A stretch of 64,000 bases of DNA from an uncultured virus (IMG/VR IMGVR_UViG_3300027212_000008) (Duplodnaviria; Heunggongvirae; Uroviricota; Caudoviricetes; Crassvirales). Under the pieces are notes generated by a model. It worked only from the letters and a program-made list of their open reading frames with translations, searched no databases and was not told the origin of the DNA. This document shows, piece after piece, positions 19,593 through 29,795 of the stretch; position 1 is the first letter of the stretch; the number at the start of each line of letters is the position of its first letter. The stretch is from IMG/VR virus record IMGVR_UViG_3300027212_000008. The stretch is one strand, 5' to 3'. The position numbers and the translations under genes are program-made.

Positions 19593-20081
19593 TTAAATTG
19601 TTTTAAGTTTATAAACTAATTTGCGTTCTTTCAGGGTAGCCACAGGGACAAATTCATAAGTAGTTCTTTGCAAATGTTCAATAGTATCATCAGGTAATAT
19701 ACCCTTTTTAATCATCACATCATCTAGGCACTTTAGCCATATTAGAGCCAAGTTGCCTATATCCCAATTAGGTTTATAGTCTATGGGCGCTGCTTTCCAA
19801 CTTACTTTTCTTCTTCCTGTTTCTTTATCCAAAATCATTTTCATATTACCAAAATTTACAGGAGCATATACGGTGAGAATAGTCTCTATAGGCCCCTGAA
19901 TAGTCAGATTTTCAGGAATATGTTTTTCTATGTAACCGTGCATAGCAGCCACTAGGGCTGCTCTTGTTGAAAAATGCACAGAGGCATGGATTTTATTATA
20001 ACCAATCTTTATCCACACTTTTTTATTCTGCGGTATATGAGTAATAAATTCTGGAAATTCTAATTTAATTTCACTTACCAT
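19593..20081 (-). CDS. RusA-like Holliday junction resolvase
   Basis: WDIGNL...K...D...GILPDD pattern. Confidence 0.65.
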   Translation of the reverse strand: MVSEIKLEFPEFITHIPQNKKVWIKIGYNKIHASVHFSTRAALVAAMHGYIEKHIPENLTIQGPIETILTVYAPVNFGNMKMILDKETGRRKVSWKAAPIDYKPNWDIGNLALIWLKCLDDVMIKKGILPDDTIEHLQRTTYEFVPVATLKERKLVYKLKTI

Positions 20082-20091
20082 AATCGTTGTT

Positions 20092-21267
20092 TTATAGCCA
20101 TTGTAGGCTTTCGGGTGTAATAGCGGAAGTTTCCGCTACGGTTTCTTCAATTACTGTAGGAATAAATTCAGGTCTTATTCTATATTCATAGTTTGAATTA
20201 ATAGTTAAGAGTACTTCTTCGTTTACAGTAATATTTTTAACTTTAAAGAATGTGTTATCTCCACTGTTTGTAATCTCCATAGAATACTTGTCTAGTAAAA
20301 TATTTAACATTTCTTCAGTTAAAACTTGTTTTTCAATTAAACTTTTAACAATAGTATCTAAGCTACTTTGCAAAGAATAATTATCCTTGCCTAAATATGC
20401 CAGTAAACTCTTAAAGTTTACATGATTTTTAGTGTGACAATTGGAAATTTCACGATAGTGTTCCTTAAATATTAGATGCATATAGAGAAGACTTTGTTTG
20501 TAATTACTGTTAGCCATTATCTCCATAGCAAGTATATGATTATCCTCATCTGTACTTGTAAGCATTTGGTCTAACTGATCATAAACCTCAGAATTAATTA
20601 CAATTGCTTGATCTCCATTTAATTTATCTACTAAACTACCGTCACTTAAAATAACTCTACCTTCTAAATCAGATAATACCTTGTAATACTCTTCAGATAT
20701 AACCTCTAAATACTTAGAAGTTCGATTACTTTCAGCAACAATTCCAGGATTTATAATAAGTGTCTTATAAACATTTAAGTCATTATCACAAATTTTTGTA
20801 ATACTATTCCAATCTGAATGCATCCACTCTCCTGTATAAAACTCTAAAGCAGTGTCTATATTATCAATAATTCTAGAATCTAAATGAGGCTTAAGAGCTT
20901 GATAACATTCTTTAAAGTCTTCTGTTTTAAGAGAATAATACCACTTAGTAGTCATCATTTTACTAATAGAATGTTTACTACCAAATATTGCAGTAGCATC
21001 TTTGACATTTTTAACTATTGTAACATTATAATCTAGAATAAGATTTTTTAATTTTACTCTAGGAATATTTACTCCAGGTAAAAAGTATAACTTATCCCCA
21101 ATCTTAGGAATATATTCATCAGGAGAAATAGTAATGTTATTTTTAGTTGTATTATTTAATGCTACTCCTGTATCTATTTTTATTCCAAGCCTTTGTATAT
21201 CTAGATTACCTTTCCCATCGTATTGTGCTGAATAATTATCAATTTCAAATATTAAAAAATTGTCCAT
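20092..21267 (-). CDS. Hypothetical protein co-transcribed with the MoxR-vWA module
   Basis: 391-aa ORF immediately downstream of the ATPase; possible BRCT-like segment near the N-terminus (weak). Confidence 0.7.
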   Translation of the reverse strand: MDNFLIFEIDNYSAQYDGKGNLDIQRLGIKIDTGVALNNTTKNNITISPDEYIPKIGDKLYFLPGVNIPRVKLKNLILDYNVTIVKNVKDATAIFGSKHSISKMMTTKWYYSLKTEDFKECYQALKPHLDSRIIDNIDTALEFYTGEWMHSDWNSITKICDNDLNVYKTLIINPGIVAESNRTSKYLEVISEEYYKVLSDLEGRVILSDGSLVDKLNGDQAIVINSEVYDQLDQMLTSTDEDNHILAMEIMANSNYKQSLLYMHLIFKEHYREISNCHTKNHVNFKSLLAYLGKDNYSLQSSLDTIVKSLIEKQVLTEEMLNILLDKYSMEITNSGDNTFFKVKNITVNEEVLLTINSNYEYRIRPEFIPTVIEETVAETSAITPESLQWL

Positions 21268-21273
21268 ATTTTT

Positions 21274-22023
21274 TTATTTTATAGCCATTTTAGCGACTTT
21301 TGGGTTTAACATTATTTTACTGAATTTAGGCTTGTTCCCACTCAATAATTCTTTGATAATATAATATCTTAAATCATCAGTAAAAGATTTACACTCAGTA
21401 GTTATTGTAGACAATCTTTGTATAATCCCATCAGAAATAGGACCCGTAGAAGCTTTGTTTATAGAATAATTAATAATTCTAGTAGCAACTACACTTGAGA
21501 TATCTGCTCTAAACTCGTCATCTTCTCCAATCATATCCTTAAGAACACCAAATACATATCCTTCATCCTTAGTTAAAATATCTTCAGGAGAAATTATCTT
21601 ATCTAATTTATTATTGATAAACATAGTGAACATAGAACTAAAATCGTCTCCAACTGAACCTTCACCAATCATTTGAATCATCGGTAATTCATTTTCAAAC
21701 TTTTGAATAGAACTAATAGAGTTAAAGAAAGTAGTTACACTTCTTGGATTAACTTTTTGAGTTACTAATTCAGGATTCATCAACATGAAATTAATACATC
21801 TACCGTCAATGTTTACTGCTTCTGCCCAACGAGCCCATACATTTACATCATATTTTAACTCAACACTAATAAATCTAGTTTGTTGTGCAACATCTAAGCT
21901 AGTTACATTGTAATCACCATTGTCTGGATTAGTAGTCAATACTACATGCCAGTTCTTAGGTAATTTCCAAGAAACATATTCTTGTCTATCACAGATTTCC
22001 ATTACTGCTTGCATAAAGCGGTG
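21274..22023 (-). CDS. MoxR-like AAA+ ATPase, exon 2
   Basis: Begins HRFMQAVME; sensor TTNP and arginine finger QQTRF; joins exon 1 in frame. Confidence 0.9.
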   Translation of the reverse strand, partial: HRFMQAVMEICDRQEYVSWKLPKNWHVVLTTNPDNGDYNVTSLDVAQQTRFISVELKYDVNVWARWAEAVNIDGRCINFMLMNPELVTQKVNPRSVTTFFNSISSIQKFENELPMIQMIGEGSVGDDFSSMFTMFINNKLDKIISPEDILTKDEGYVFGVLKDMIGEDDEFRADISSVVATRIINYSINKASTGPISDGIIQRLSTITTECKSFTDDLRYYIIKELLSGNKPKFSKIMLNPKVAKMAIK

Positions 22024-23071
22024 CATTATTGTTAACTTATAGGCTCTTTATCCTATAATTCTGTAGTTTCTTTTAGATTATATCTACAGGTCAGACTATA
22101 TCATCACATATTTCTATGTGTCATGCGCTCTTGGTGTTTTACTGTCTGTTCTAGACTCCATACACTAGTCGTTGCACCTTCCTTATATCCCTATAAGGCT
22201 TGGCTCAGGATTGTCCATCTCTGGAGATCCCCTGAATTCACATGATTTATTGCGGACCACCCGCTTTATGCTTTTTTCCATCTATAACTTCCAGCAGTTA
22301 AGTCTTTAGATATTGCTCTATTAATATTAGAGATACCAAGTTCCTTATTTGCTTGAGTTATAGACTCCCATCTTTTGATAAAAATATTATCATTAGTATA
22401 TTGTAATACTGGTTCTAACTTATACTGTTTAGTTTTTAAAAGCACATAAGGAGCTTTATAAAAAGACCAAACAAATCCTCCAGCAGAAGTTTGTTGCAAT
22501 CTACATACTGCTTTTATACTATTAATATATTTAGTATTAATAGATTTAGCAGCCGCTGTAAAAGATTCAAAACTTTCTAAATACTCACCTTTATCAAGTG
22601 AATACTTATGGACTGGTTTAAGATTATGAGGTTTTAAACCATTTGTGTAAGCATTTTTTAATCCACTACTTATCCTATTTTTATATACTTGATCTCTCAC
22701 TATTTTTTGAGGATCTAATATATGATTTATATAAGGAGTAAGAGTATTAATATAATAAGCTTCTCTTTCAATTAAAACGTCTTCTATACATTTTTCTACA
22801 ATAGCAAAGTAAATTTTTTCTTTGCCATATTTATTGTATAAATTTTGCATTGTTCTATTATGATGTTTTTGATTGTTAAGAGACCACAAATGATGTTTTA
22901 ATCTTTGGCCAATATTACAAGAGCTACCAATGTACTCTTTATCATTAATTTTAATTTTGTAGATTCCTTTACACTTTAATGCTGTCTTAAGAGTCTGTGT
23001 ATTTAACTTTTTCATATCATAAAGATACTTAAATTATCCACACTAACACTAATAGACTACATATTTTGTTA
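22024..23071 (-). mobile_element. Group I self-splicing intron (1048 nt) carrying a homing endonuclease
   Basis: P1 GGAU|UA pairs with UAGUCU with a U.G wobble at the 5' splice site. Core elements P (22228-22238), Q (22199-22212), R GCAACGACUAG (22165-22177), S GAUAUAGUCUG (22092-22102). Terminal G at 22024. Confidence 0.93.
22266..23015 (-). CDS. Intron-encoded GIY-YIG homing endonuclease with NUMOD1-like repeats
   Basis: GIYKI...EYIGSS...R...H, ERE; two C-terminal V.QY......WES...A repeats. Confidence 0.92.
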   Translation of the reverse strand: MKKLNTQTLKTALKCKGIYKIKINDKEYIGSSCNIGQRLKHHLWSLNNQKHHNRTMQNLYNKYGKEKIYFAIVEKCIEDVLIEREAYYINTLTPYINHILDPQKIVRDQVYKNRISSGLKNAYTNGLKPHNLKPVHKYSLDKGEYLESFESFTAAAKSINTKYINSIKAVCRLQQTSAGGFVWSFYKAPYVLLKTKQYKLEPVLQYTNDNIFIKRWESITQANKELGISNINRAISKDLTAGSYRWKKA

Positions 23072-23491
23072 ATCCGCACGTGTAAAATCATCTAAGATTA
23101 AGACACCGCCTTCACCTTTGCCTTGAATCCATTCAGGAGCAGCATGCGACATTCTTTTGTCTACTACTTTATATCCTTTTTGTCCTGCCAACTCAATTTC
23201 TTGTTCAGTAATCCAGGATACTTTTCCTTCAGCATTCTTAATTTTATATTCTTTAACAGGAAAACCTATTAAATCTCCCAATTCTTCTAATTGAGACAGA
23301 TTTAGTTTTACAACATTTAATCCTAACTCTTCCCCTACTTGCAATATTGCAGAGGTTTTACCTAATCCAGCATCTCCAGCTATATTTACAGTAACTGGTA
23401 CTTTACCTTGTGCTTGGATAAACTGATTATTGCTTACAATATGCTTAACAAAATCTTTTAATTCATCTACATTTAATTTTACTTGACTCAT
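23072..23491 (-). CDS. MoxR-like AAA+ ATPase, exon 1
   Basis: Walker A GDAGLGKT and Walker B LILDD; ends RAD at the splice site; spliced product 389 aa. Confidence 0.9.
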
Positions 23492-23501
23492 ATTTAATTT
23501 T

Positions 23502-24821
23502 TTAAAGTTCTAATTTTATTACTTGACCTGGAAGACTTTCATTCAGGTTTGATCTTTCTGACAATACCCATAGTATTTTTCCTGAAGGTTTCATAGATGT
23601 ACTACATTCACCATCGGTGAAATATATTAAACTTGTAAATTGTCTATTTTCCATAAAATACTCCAACACAGGATCAAACTCTGTTCCTCCTCTACCTGAT
23701 ACTTCTAATTCAAATTTACCTTTGTAGTCTTTAACACTAGTAATTTGAGTATCACATTGCACTATAGTAATATCTACTCCAGCTTTATAGATATGATGTA
23801 TCTCATTCATGAATTCTTTAAGCTCACTATCACTTACAGATCCCGAAGTATCTATAGCTAATAACATCTTTTGCTTCATCTTAATCTTAAGGCCAGGATT
23901 ACCATCATATCTTTTATTTTCCTTTCTTCTAATTTTCTTAGTAAAAATCTTAGTAGAAACTCCTGTAAATCTTCTGATGTATCCTTTCCAATTAAATTTA
24001 GGAGGCACTAATGCATCTAATTTAATCAAAGCGTCCATTTCTCCTGGAACATGTCCTTGCTTCTTAAGAGTTTGCTCTTTAGCATTAGAAAGTAATCTTT
24101 GCGTTTGTTTTTCTATAAGCTTTTGTTCAGCTTCTGGTAAATTTTCAAACTCTTCCCAAGTACTATGGTCAGGTAAACCGTTACCCTCGCTAGCATCTCC
24201 GTCACCTTCCATTTGGTCACATAGTTTATCAAATGCATCACTGCCACTAGTACCGTTCTTATCCTTCTCTTCTTTAGCTTCTTTGAGCATATCGTAATAA
24301 TAACGACAGCCTGCTCTAGTATCAAGATTTAATTCTTCATAATCATCAATCATAATTCCTCTAAAAGGAATTTTACTAGCAATTGCTTTTATTTCTTCTA
24401 TAGGAGCATCTCTTTCTCTGGCTGCAGCTATTTCAATTATTACTTCTTCTTTGATAGCATTAACCTCTTCTTTAGTATAATTTCCTCCAGGAAGCCAAGA
24501 ATTATCAATATATTGATTGATTTCCATATCCATAGCTATATTAGCTAGTTTCCTGTCAGCAAATTTAAAAAAGATACCAAGGTGCCCAAATGCAATATGA
24601 AGTAGTTCATGCTTTAGAAGGCCTAGCCTATGTTCTTCAGATAACTCTTCCCAAAAAGTAGGATTAATAACCAATTGATAATTGATTCCTTGTTTACTAA
24701 CGCCAGCCGTGGGTACTCTTGCATTCCATAATTTATTCAGTAAAATGAGAAAGAACCCGTAATAGGGCTCTTTCATCATTAAATCTTTACTAGTTTTACT
24801 TAATGTGTCTGCTCTACTCAT
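23502..24821 (-). CDS. Metallopeptidase-like plus vWA domain protein (DUF2201-type)
   Basis: HELLH zincin motif; MIDAS DTSGS, GGT, FTDG. Confidence 0.9.
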   Translation of the reverse strand: MSRADTLSKTSKDLMMKEPYYGFFLILLNKLWNARVPTAGVSKQGINYQLVINPTFWEELSEEHRLGLLKHELLHIAFGHLGIFFKFADRKLANIAMDMEINQYIDNSWLPGGNYTKEEVNAIKEEVIIEIAAARERDAPIEEIKAIASKIPFRGIMIDDYEELNLDTRAGCRYYYDMLKEAKEEKDKNGTSGSDAFDKLCDQMEGDGDASEGNGLPDHSTWEEFENLPEAEQKLIEKQTQRLLSNAKEQTLKKQGHVPGEMDALIKLDALVPPKFNWKGYIRRFTGVSTKIFTKKIRRKENKRYDGNPGLKIKMKQKMLLAIDTSGSVSDSELKEFMNEIHHIYKAGVDITIVQCDTQITSVKDYKGKFELEVSGRGGTEFDPVLEYFMENRQFTSLIYFTDGECSTSMKPSGKILWVLSERSNLNESLPGQVIKLEL

Positions 24822-25818
24822 AGTTTTTAATTTTTAATTTGATAATATCTACTGCTTCTGTAGTACCTAGGGCCTTTACTAAGTCACTGAAGTCAGTTAC
24901 TTTAGGCATTTCAGGTACAAAGAAGTAGGGAATATTATACTTTTCAGTGAAGCTCTTAGATAATTTCTTACCAGCTTCATCATTGTCAAATAGACAAATT
25001 ACTTTCTTAAATCTAGATTTATATTCATCCATTACAGAATCCTTCATCATAACACTTTCTGACTGTAAGCCAATAGCAGCTATACCTAAACAATCGTGAA
25101 TACTCATAACGTCCTTTAAGGATTTAGTTATAATTAGTAAGTCACCTGATTCAGGAAGTTGCATGTATCCTTGATGCACAGAATAATCTGCATTGTTAAT
25201 CCATTTTTTAATCTTAATCTCTAGAGGTTGATAGATTTTATAACTAACTCTATCGTCTTTTATCTCTACATAAGCATAAGCTAACTCACTAGTTTTAACA
25301 GCAGTATCATTATAAAAAACATAATCGATAGCATGCACATTAAACTTTTCTAAAGTAGCTTTCTTAATGCCGAAGGAAGACCAATATTGCTGATCTCTCT
25401 TACTCCAAGGCCTAGTTTTAATTCCTAACTTAACTTTATCTTTATGTACTATTCTAGTATATTGTACAACTTGCTTAGAAGCATCTATATTAAAACTAGA
25501 CAATCCTAAATCATACGCTACTTTCTTTAGTGCTTCTGGATAACTCAAATTAAAGAGTCTTATTACTAATACCAAAAAATCACCACAATCTTTAGTAGCA
25601 AAATCATAGAACATTAAGATATTTCTATCAATTTTATGAAAATACAATGCAAAAGAAGGAATATTATCTTCTCGTAAAGGGCTATGAAATATACCCAAAT
25701 GTTTAATATCTTCCCCTAAATAAAAAGAATAAATCTCTTCTTGGGTTACATACTTAAGAATATCTTCTCTTGTAATTTGACTATTAAATACTATTGAATT
25801 TAGATTTATTTCTTTCAT
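24814..25818 (-). CDS. DNA primase (DnaG/TOPRIM, crAss type)
   Basis: SPLRED..PSF N-terminal domain; ITKSLKD and FDNDEAG TOPRIM motifs; DFSD. Confidence 0.85.
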   Translation of the reverse strand: MKEINLNSIVFNSQITREDILKYVTQEEIYSFYLGEDIKHLGIFHSPLREDNIPSFALYFHKIDRNILMFYDFATKDCGDFLVLVIRLFNLSYPEALKKVAYDLGLSSFNIDASKQVVQYTRIVHKDKVKLGIKTRPWSKRDQQYWSSFGIKKATLEKFNVHAIDYVFYNDTAVKTSELAYAYVEIKDDRVSYKIYQPLEIKIKKWINNADYSVHQGYMQLPESGDLLIITKSLKDVMSIHDCLGIAAIGLQSESVMMKDSVMDEYKSRFKKVICLFDNDEAGKKLSKSFTEKYNIPYFFVPEMPKVTDFSDLVKALGTTEAVDIIKLKIKNYE

Positions 25819-25851
25819 AAAAAAATGAGGGGGACATTAGAGCCCCCCTCA
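25819..25851 (-). terminator. Intrinsic terminator
   Basis: gaggggg/ccccctc stem with an A-run on the + strand, downstream of the 25870 gene. Confidence 0.75.
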
Positions 25852-25869
25852 AAATTAATTATTTTTTTC

Positions 25870-26466
25870 TCACCAGTCGTCTCCAGCAACAAGATCGTTA
25901 GCATTAGCTTTTCCATTAGCAACAAACGAATCTTCTTGAATACGTGCCATTGCATCGATATTACCTGCTTTTAAGCGAGTATCAGCAATAGCAACACTCA
26001 TTGGCTCTAAGAAAGGAACCCAACTTCTTGGTTGAATATATTTCTTAATTCCTTGAGTAGAACCATAGTTAGCAAATACTCTGAATTTAGGACCTGCAGT
26101 TAATCCTGTACGAATTAACAACATACAACCGTCTAACAATTCCTTAGCGCTGTTAAAGCCACTAGGAAATTGATAAGTATCTCCGTAAATTGCATGAATA
26201 ACATGCTTAAGAACTTTACCCTGCTTTTGCACTTGCTCTGCAATTGTAGAATACTCTGTATCTTTTTCTACATACCAGAAACTAGTGTTACAAGAACCTC
26301 CATCTGCATCTGTAAACGATAACTTGTAATCAGGAGAGTTAGGCTTATCTTCTGGCTTTTTCTTCTCTACCACCATTGATATATTTTCTGCTACTCCTGC
26401 GTTTCCACCATTGAAAACTGCTTTACCTTCTGCTGCATCGAAAGATGCGTCATTCAAATTGATCAT
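25870..26466 (-). CDS. Putative single-stranded DNA-binding protein
   Basis: Between primase and AAA_24 ATPase; beta-rich core; acidic-aromatic C-terminus (GDDW). Confidence 0.55.
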   Translation of the reverse strand: MINLNDASFDAAEGKAVFNGGNAGVAENISMVVEKKKPEDKPNSPDYKLSFTDADGGSCNTSFWYVEKDTEYSTIAEQVQKQGKVLKHVIHAIYGDTYQFPSGFNSAKELLDGCMLLIRTGLTAGPKFRVFANYGSTQGIKKYIQPRSWVPFLEPMSVAIADTRLKAGNIDAMARIQEDSFVANGKANANDLVAGDDW

Positions 26467-26499
26467 ATTTATTATTTATTTAAAATTATTAATTATTAA

Positions 26500-27129
26500 T
26501 TACCAAACTTCCTCGTCAGATTCTTCTTCTTCTAACTCTTCAATTTCCTCATCTTCGTCCTCGTCCTCGTCTTCTTCTAATACTTCTTCTAAAATAGAAT
26601 CAGGAACTTCCGTAGTAGTATCTGCCATTTCATATAAAGCTCCTCCTTGAGGCACTTCAGGAATTCTGCTTAAATCAGCGTCAAAATCCGACCCATCAGA
26701 TACTTCGCCTAAATCTGTAGTATTAAACTCTAGTACTTCTTCAGCAACTGCTGCTCTAAGAACTAATTGAGAATATCCTCCTAAAGCAATAATATCAAAA
26801 TGATTCTCTACTTCAGTGTTTAATTCTAATCTTTTAGTGATAAACTCGTAAGTTTTCTTATCACTAATAGTACACGATTGCGTTAAAGCAAATCCTTCAG
26901 TCTCTACAGTTACTTTACGGATAAAGATACTAGAACCGTCAGGAGCAAATCCGAAAGAAACTCTATCTCCTCCATCAATTCCTAAAGCAACTTGCGCAGC
27001 TTTATTAAAACTAAACTTTCTACCAGCGCCTACCTTAGCTATTGCTGATAATGTCATTGTTGGAGCAGAAAATGACTCCTCTTTTCTTTTTCTTTGTGCA
27101 GGGACTGCATCCCAAATTAAATCTTGCAT
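26500..27129 (-). CDS. Hypothetical protein with a very acidic C-terminal tail
   Basis: AbrB-like N-terminal pattern (FNKAAQVALGIDGGDRV) and poly-E/D tail. Confidence 0.75.
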   Translation of the reverse strand: MQDLIWDAVPAQRKRKEESFSAPTMTLSAIAKVGAGRKFSFNKAAQVALGIDGGDRVSFGFAPDGSSIFIRKVTVETEGFALTQSCTISDKKTYEFITKRLELNTEVENHFDIIALGGYSQLVLRAAVAEEVLEFNTTDLGEVSDGSDFDADLSRIPEVPQGGALYEMADTTTEVPDSILEEVLEEDEDEDEDEEIEELEEEESDEEVW

Positions 27130-27153
27130 TGTTTTACTTTTATTGGTTATTTA

Positions 27154-27828
27154 TTAAATTGAATAATATTCTCTTATTGCTGCGTTTACTTCCACTAGAT
27201 CATTATCGATCGCAGCTTCTTCAAACATTTCAATAGGAGTTTTGCATGTATCTGTTCCAGAATTTAAGGTTCTAAATACATGTCTGTTTGGTGCTCCAGG
27301 TGTTTTTACAATCTCTGCATAAAACACTATAGAACTAAATGACTCAGGCACAAAGCGCTCAAGCATCTTACCCTGCACTCCGATTCTCTCTGTAGAGAAT
27401 CCTCCATCATCATAATGAGTTTCTGGATGAGCAAATAGATACACGATGATATCCTCTCTTAATCTATCATTAATGATATTAATTAAGTCATATTGATTAG
27501 CGGCAAATTTACCATACTTATCAAAGCCTTTTTCAGCTCTAAAAGAAGGGCTCATTACTGCATCAGTCATAATACGACTCCATGTATCAATGATAATAGT
27601 TTTAGTCTTAGGATTACCGTGAGCTTTTTTTAAAGTAGCTATTACTTCGTGTACATCGGAAGTTTTGCAATAATTGCCTTTTTCTTCATTGTACTTTAAG
27701 TTAAACTGCTTAAACGGAAGAGCTTTCTGATCCGTATTAATGATTACTGTCTCGTCTGGATTTAGGTTCCTTAACGAGGTAGATTTTCCTGTACCTGATT
27801 TTCCAACCACGAATACTAATTGTCCCAC
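27154..27828 (-). CDS. AAA_24 / Sak4-like phage ATPase
   Basis: GKSGTGKS Walker A, IIIDT Walker B, AHPE, KTP..MF. Confidence 0.85.
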   Translation of the reverse strand: MGQLVFVVGKSGTGKSTSLRNLNPDETVIINTDQKALPFKQFNLKYNEEKGNYCKTSDVHEVIATLKKAHGNPKTKTIIIDTWSRIMTDAVMSPSFRAEKGFDKYGKFAANQYDLINIINDRLREDIIVYLFAHPETHYDDGGFSTERIGVQGKMLERFVPESFSSIVFYAEIVKTPGAPNRHVFRTLNSGTDTCKTPIEMFEEAAIDNDLVEVNAAIREYYSI

Positions 27829-27851
27829 TTTTTAAAATTTTTAAGTTAATA

Positions 27852-28382
27852 TTAAAGGTATTTATTTATTATACCTTTTGTTAGTTCGAAATTTTTTCTT
27901 GCTTGGTATGCTTCTAATTCTGTTTCATAGTAACCTAAAGAGGTACTTTTATTATTATAATGAATTGATGTATACCATTTACCCGAAAATTGATGAAAAG
28001 ATACTCCTGTAAATTTAGAAGATGATTTATTTATATTTTTTGCATGACAAGAATTTTCTCTAGATGTTACCCATTCTAAATTGAAAACATTGTTATTTAA
28101 TTTATTTTCATCTATATGATTTACATATTCTAAATTTTTAGGATTATCTATAAAAGCTTTTGCAACTAGACGATGTACTAAAAAAGATTTAGATTCTTTA
28201 TTATTCCACAATTTGACCATATTATACCCGCTGTATTTATTATAAAATTTCATAATTTTTTCAGGTAATGTGTATGGAAAATTTTTACGTACTAATACAC
28301 GGGAAATTCTTTTAATTTTTCCTAAATTACTAATTTCATAATTTGGGAAATTTTCTATAATTTTCCAACTTTCTTTCACCAT
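27852..28382 (-). CDS. Free-standing NUMOD4-HNH homing endonuclease with AP2-like C-terminus
   Basis: YEISNLG, VHRLVA, VNHIDENKLNN..NLEW, SSKFTGVS...LGYY. Confidence 0.92.
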   Translation of the reverse strand: MVKESWKIIENFPNYEISNLGKIKRISRVLVRKNFPYTLPEKIMKFYNKYSGYNMVKLWNNKESKSFLVHRLVAKAFIDNPKNLEYVNHIDENKLNNNVFNLEWVTSRENSCHAKNINKSSSKFTGVSFHQFSGKWYTSIHYNNKSTSLGYYETELEAYQARKNFELTKGIINKYL

Positions 28383-28428
28383 AAATTATTGATTTTTAAG
28401 TTATTTACTTTATTAAAGATAAGGATTT

Positions 28429-28725
28429 TTAAGTTAAATCCCTAATTTCTTGACGTATTTCTGGCTCTTTTACTGTCTTTCTTTTCTGCCATAGTGCGCC
28501 TCTTAAATGCGGATGTTCTTCTTGTACTTTACGAGAAGCTCTACCAAATGCATCCATATAAGGTATGATTCTTTTTTCCATATCCTTTAGAAACTCTTTG
28601 GTGGGCTTATCTATATCGTACCCTATTTCTAGAAGATAATGATAATATAATCTCTCGTTAGAATCTCGTAAAGCAGGATGAGCAGTTAGCTTATTTTTTA
28701 CCCAGATGTATTTGTCTTTTATCAT
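28429..28725 (-). CDS. Hypothetical protein
   Basis: 98-aa ORF coupled to the helicase stop; LRDSNERL...RASRKVQE. Confidence 0.7.
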   Translation of the reverse strand: MIKDKYIWVKNKLTAHPALRDSNERLYYHYLLEIGYDIDKPTKEFLKDMEKRIIPYMDAFGRASRKVQEEHPHLRGALWQKRKTVKEPEIRQEIRDLT

Positions 28726-29795
28726 GAATTTTTATTTTTATAATATTCATCAATTTTTCTTAATTCCTCTGGCTTACCTTGTAGCTCATCTGCTTTGGGT
28801 AATTGATAATATCCCCCATACTCGCCAATAAACAGGAAGCTGATATTTAGTTGTGCTTGTCCATCCCGATTTTTCAGAATCTTAGCTAACCTATATCTAT
28901 CCCTAAATTTACTAATATCGTATCCAAGACACTTTTCTATTCCCAAATAGAAAGGACTTGCAATCCCAATAATAGTATTAGAATCCTCTGCTACGTTACC
29001 TGTGTTTTTAATATCACTAAGCATTGGCATCCAACTGTCCCCATCGCGTCTATCCATTTGTTCCGAACCTCTATTTATCTGAGATACTACAACTGGGCTA
29101 AAATTAAACTTGTTTCTAAAGAATACTAAAGTCTTAGAGATTTTATCTATTGCTTCCTTTAAATTGCTGTATTTACCTAAATCTACTAGGCCTATGTGGT
29201 CTATGATTATTAGTGTAATTAATGCAGGATTATTAGGAATATAATCTACAATAAAATCATTCTCGTCCCTTACTACCGTACCTCTTTTTTCAGCATAGCT
29301 TATTAGGTCTTTGTATAAGAAATCAGGGTTAAGATTACTTCTATAAAATAGATACTTATCCTGAATCTCATTCATCTTTTCCTCATATTGGCCTATTAAT
29401 CCTTCTACTTCAGGAGATATTTCCATCTCACCCTTAGATTTAATTTCATCGATCGAAGTTAATATCCCGTGATTCTTCCAGATTAGCGCTGCAATATGCT
29501 TTGCTATTTGATCTTGAGGAGGAATCTCTAAGGAATAATATATAATTTCTAAATCATGAACATACCCAGGATTTGTTTGTAGATATTCTATAGCACCATA
29601 GACGTAAGTGCTGTTCACAAACGCTGTCTTGCCGATTGACGTACCTGCAAATACTAGGTCGTATCTACCTTGCTGAATATTCTTAATATGCTTACTAAGA
29701 GTTGTAAAGCCACTAAAAGGAATTCCTGTATTTAGTCCTTTCTTGCCCCTAGCAATTTCTTCTTTGAGTTTATCCCAGTATTTAATCTTCGCCAT
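28722..29795 (-). CDS. Replicative DnaB-like (SF4) helicase
   Basis: GTSIGKT, YSLE, IIIDHI, SQINR, KNRDG. Confidence 0.9.
   Translation of the reverse strand: MAKIKYWDKLKEEIARGKKGLNTGIPFSGFTTLSKHIKNIQQGRYDLVFAGTSIGKTAFVNSTYVYGAIEYLQTNPGYVHDLEIIYYSLEIPPQDQIAKHIAALIWKNHGILTSIDEIKSKGEMEISPEVEGLIGQYEEKMNEIQDKYLFYRSNLNPDFLYKDLISYAEKRGTVVRDENDFIVDYIPNNPALITLIIIDHIGLVDLGKYSNLKEAIDKISKTLVFFRNKFNFSPVVVSQINRGSEQMDRRDGDSWMPMLSDIKNTGNVAEDSNTIIGIASPFYLGIEKCLGYDISKFRDRYRLAKILKNRDGQAQLNISFLFIGEYGGYYQLPKADELQGKPEELRKIDEYYKNKNS

Noticed and set aside
21274..22026. Independent gene starting at ATG 22026
   Set aside because: That ATG is the last three intron bases; the ORF lacks Walker motifs and is exon 2
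27852..28382. HNH endonuclease inside a second intron
   Set aside because: Flanking genes are complete and the gaps (23 and 46 nt) cannot hold a ribozyme core
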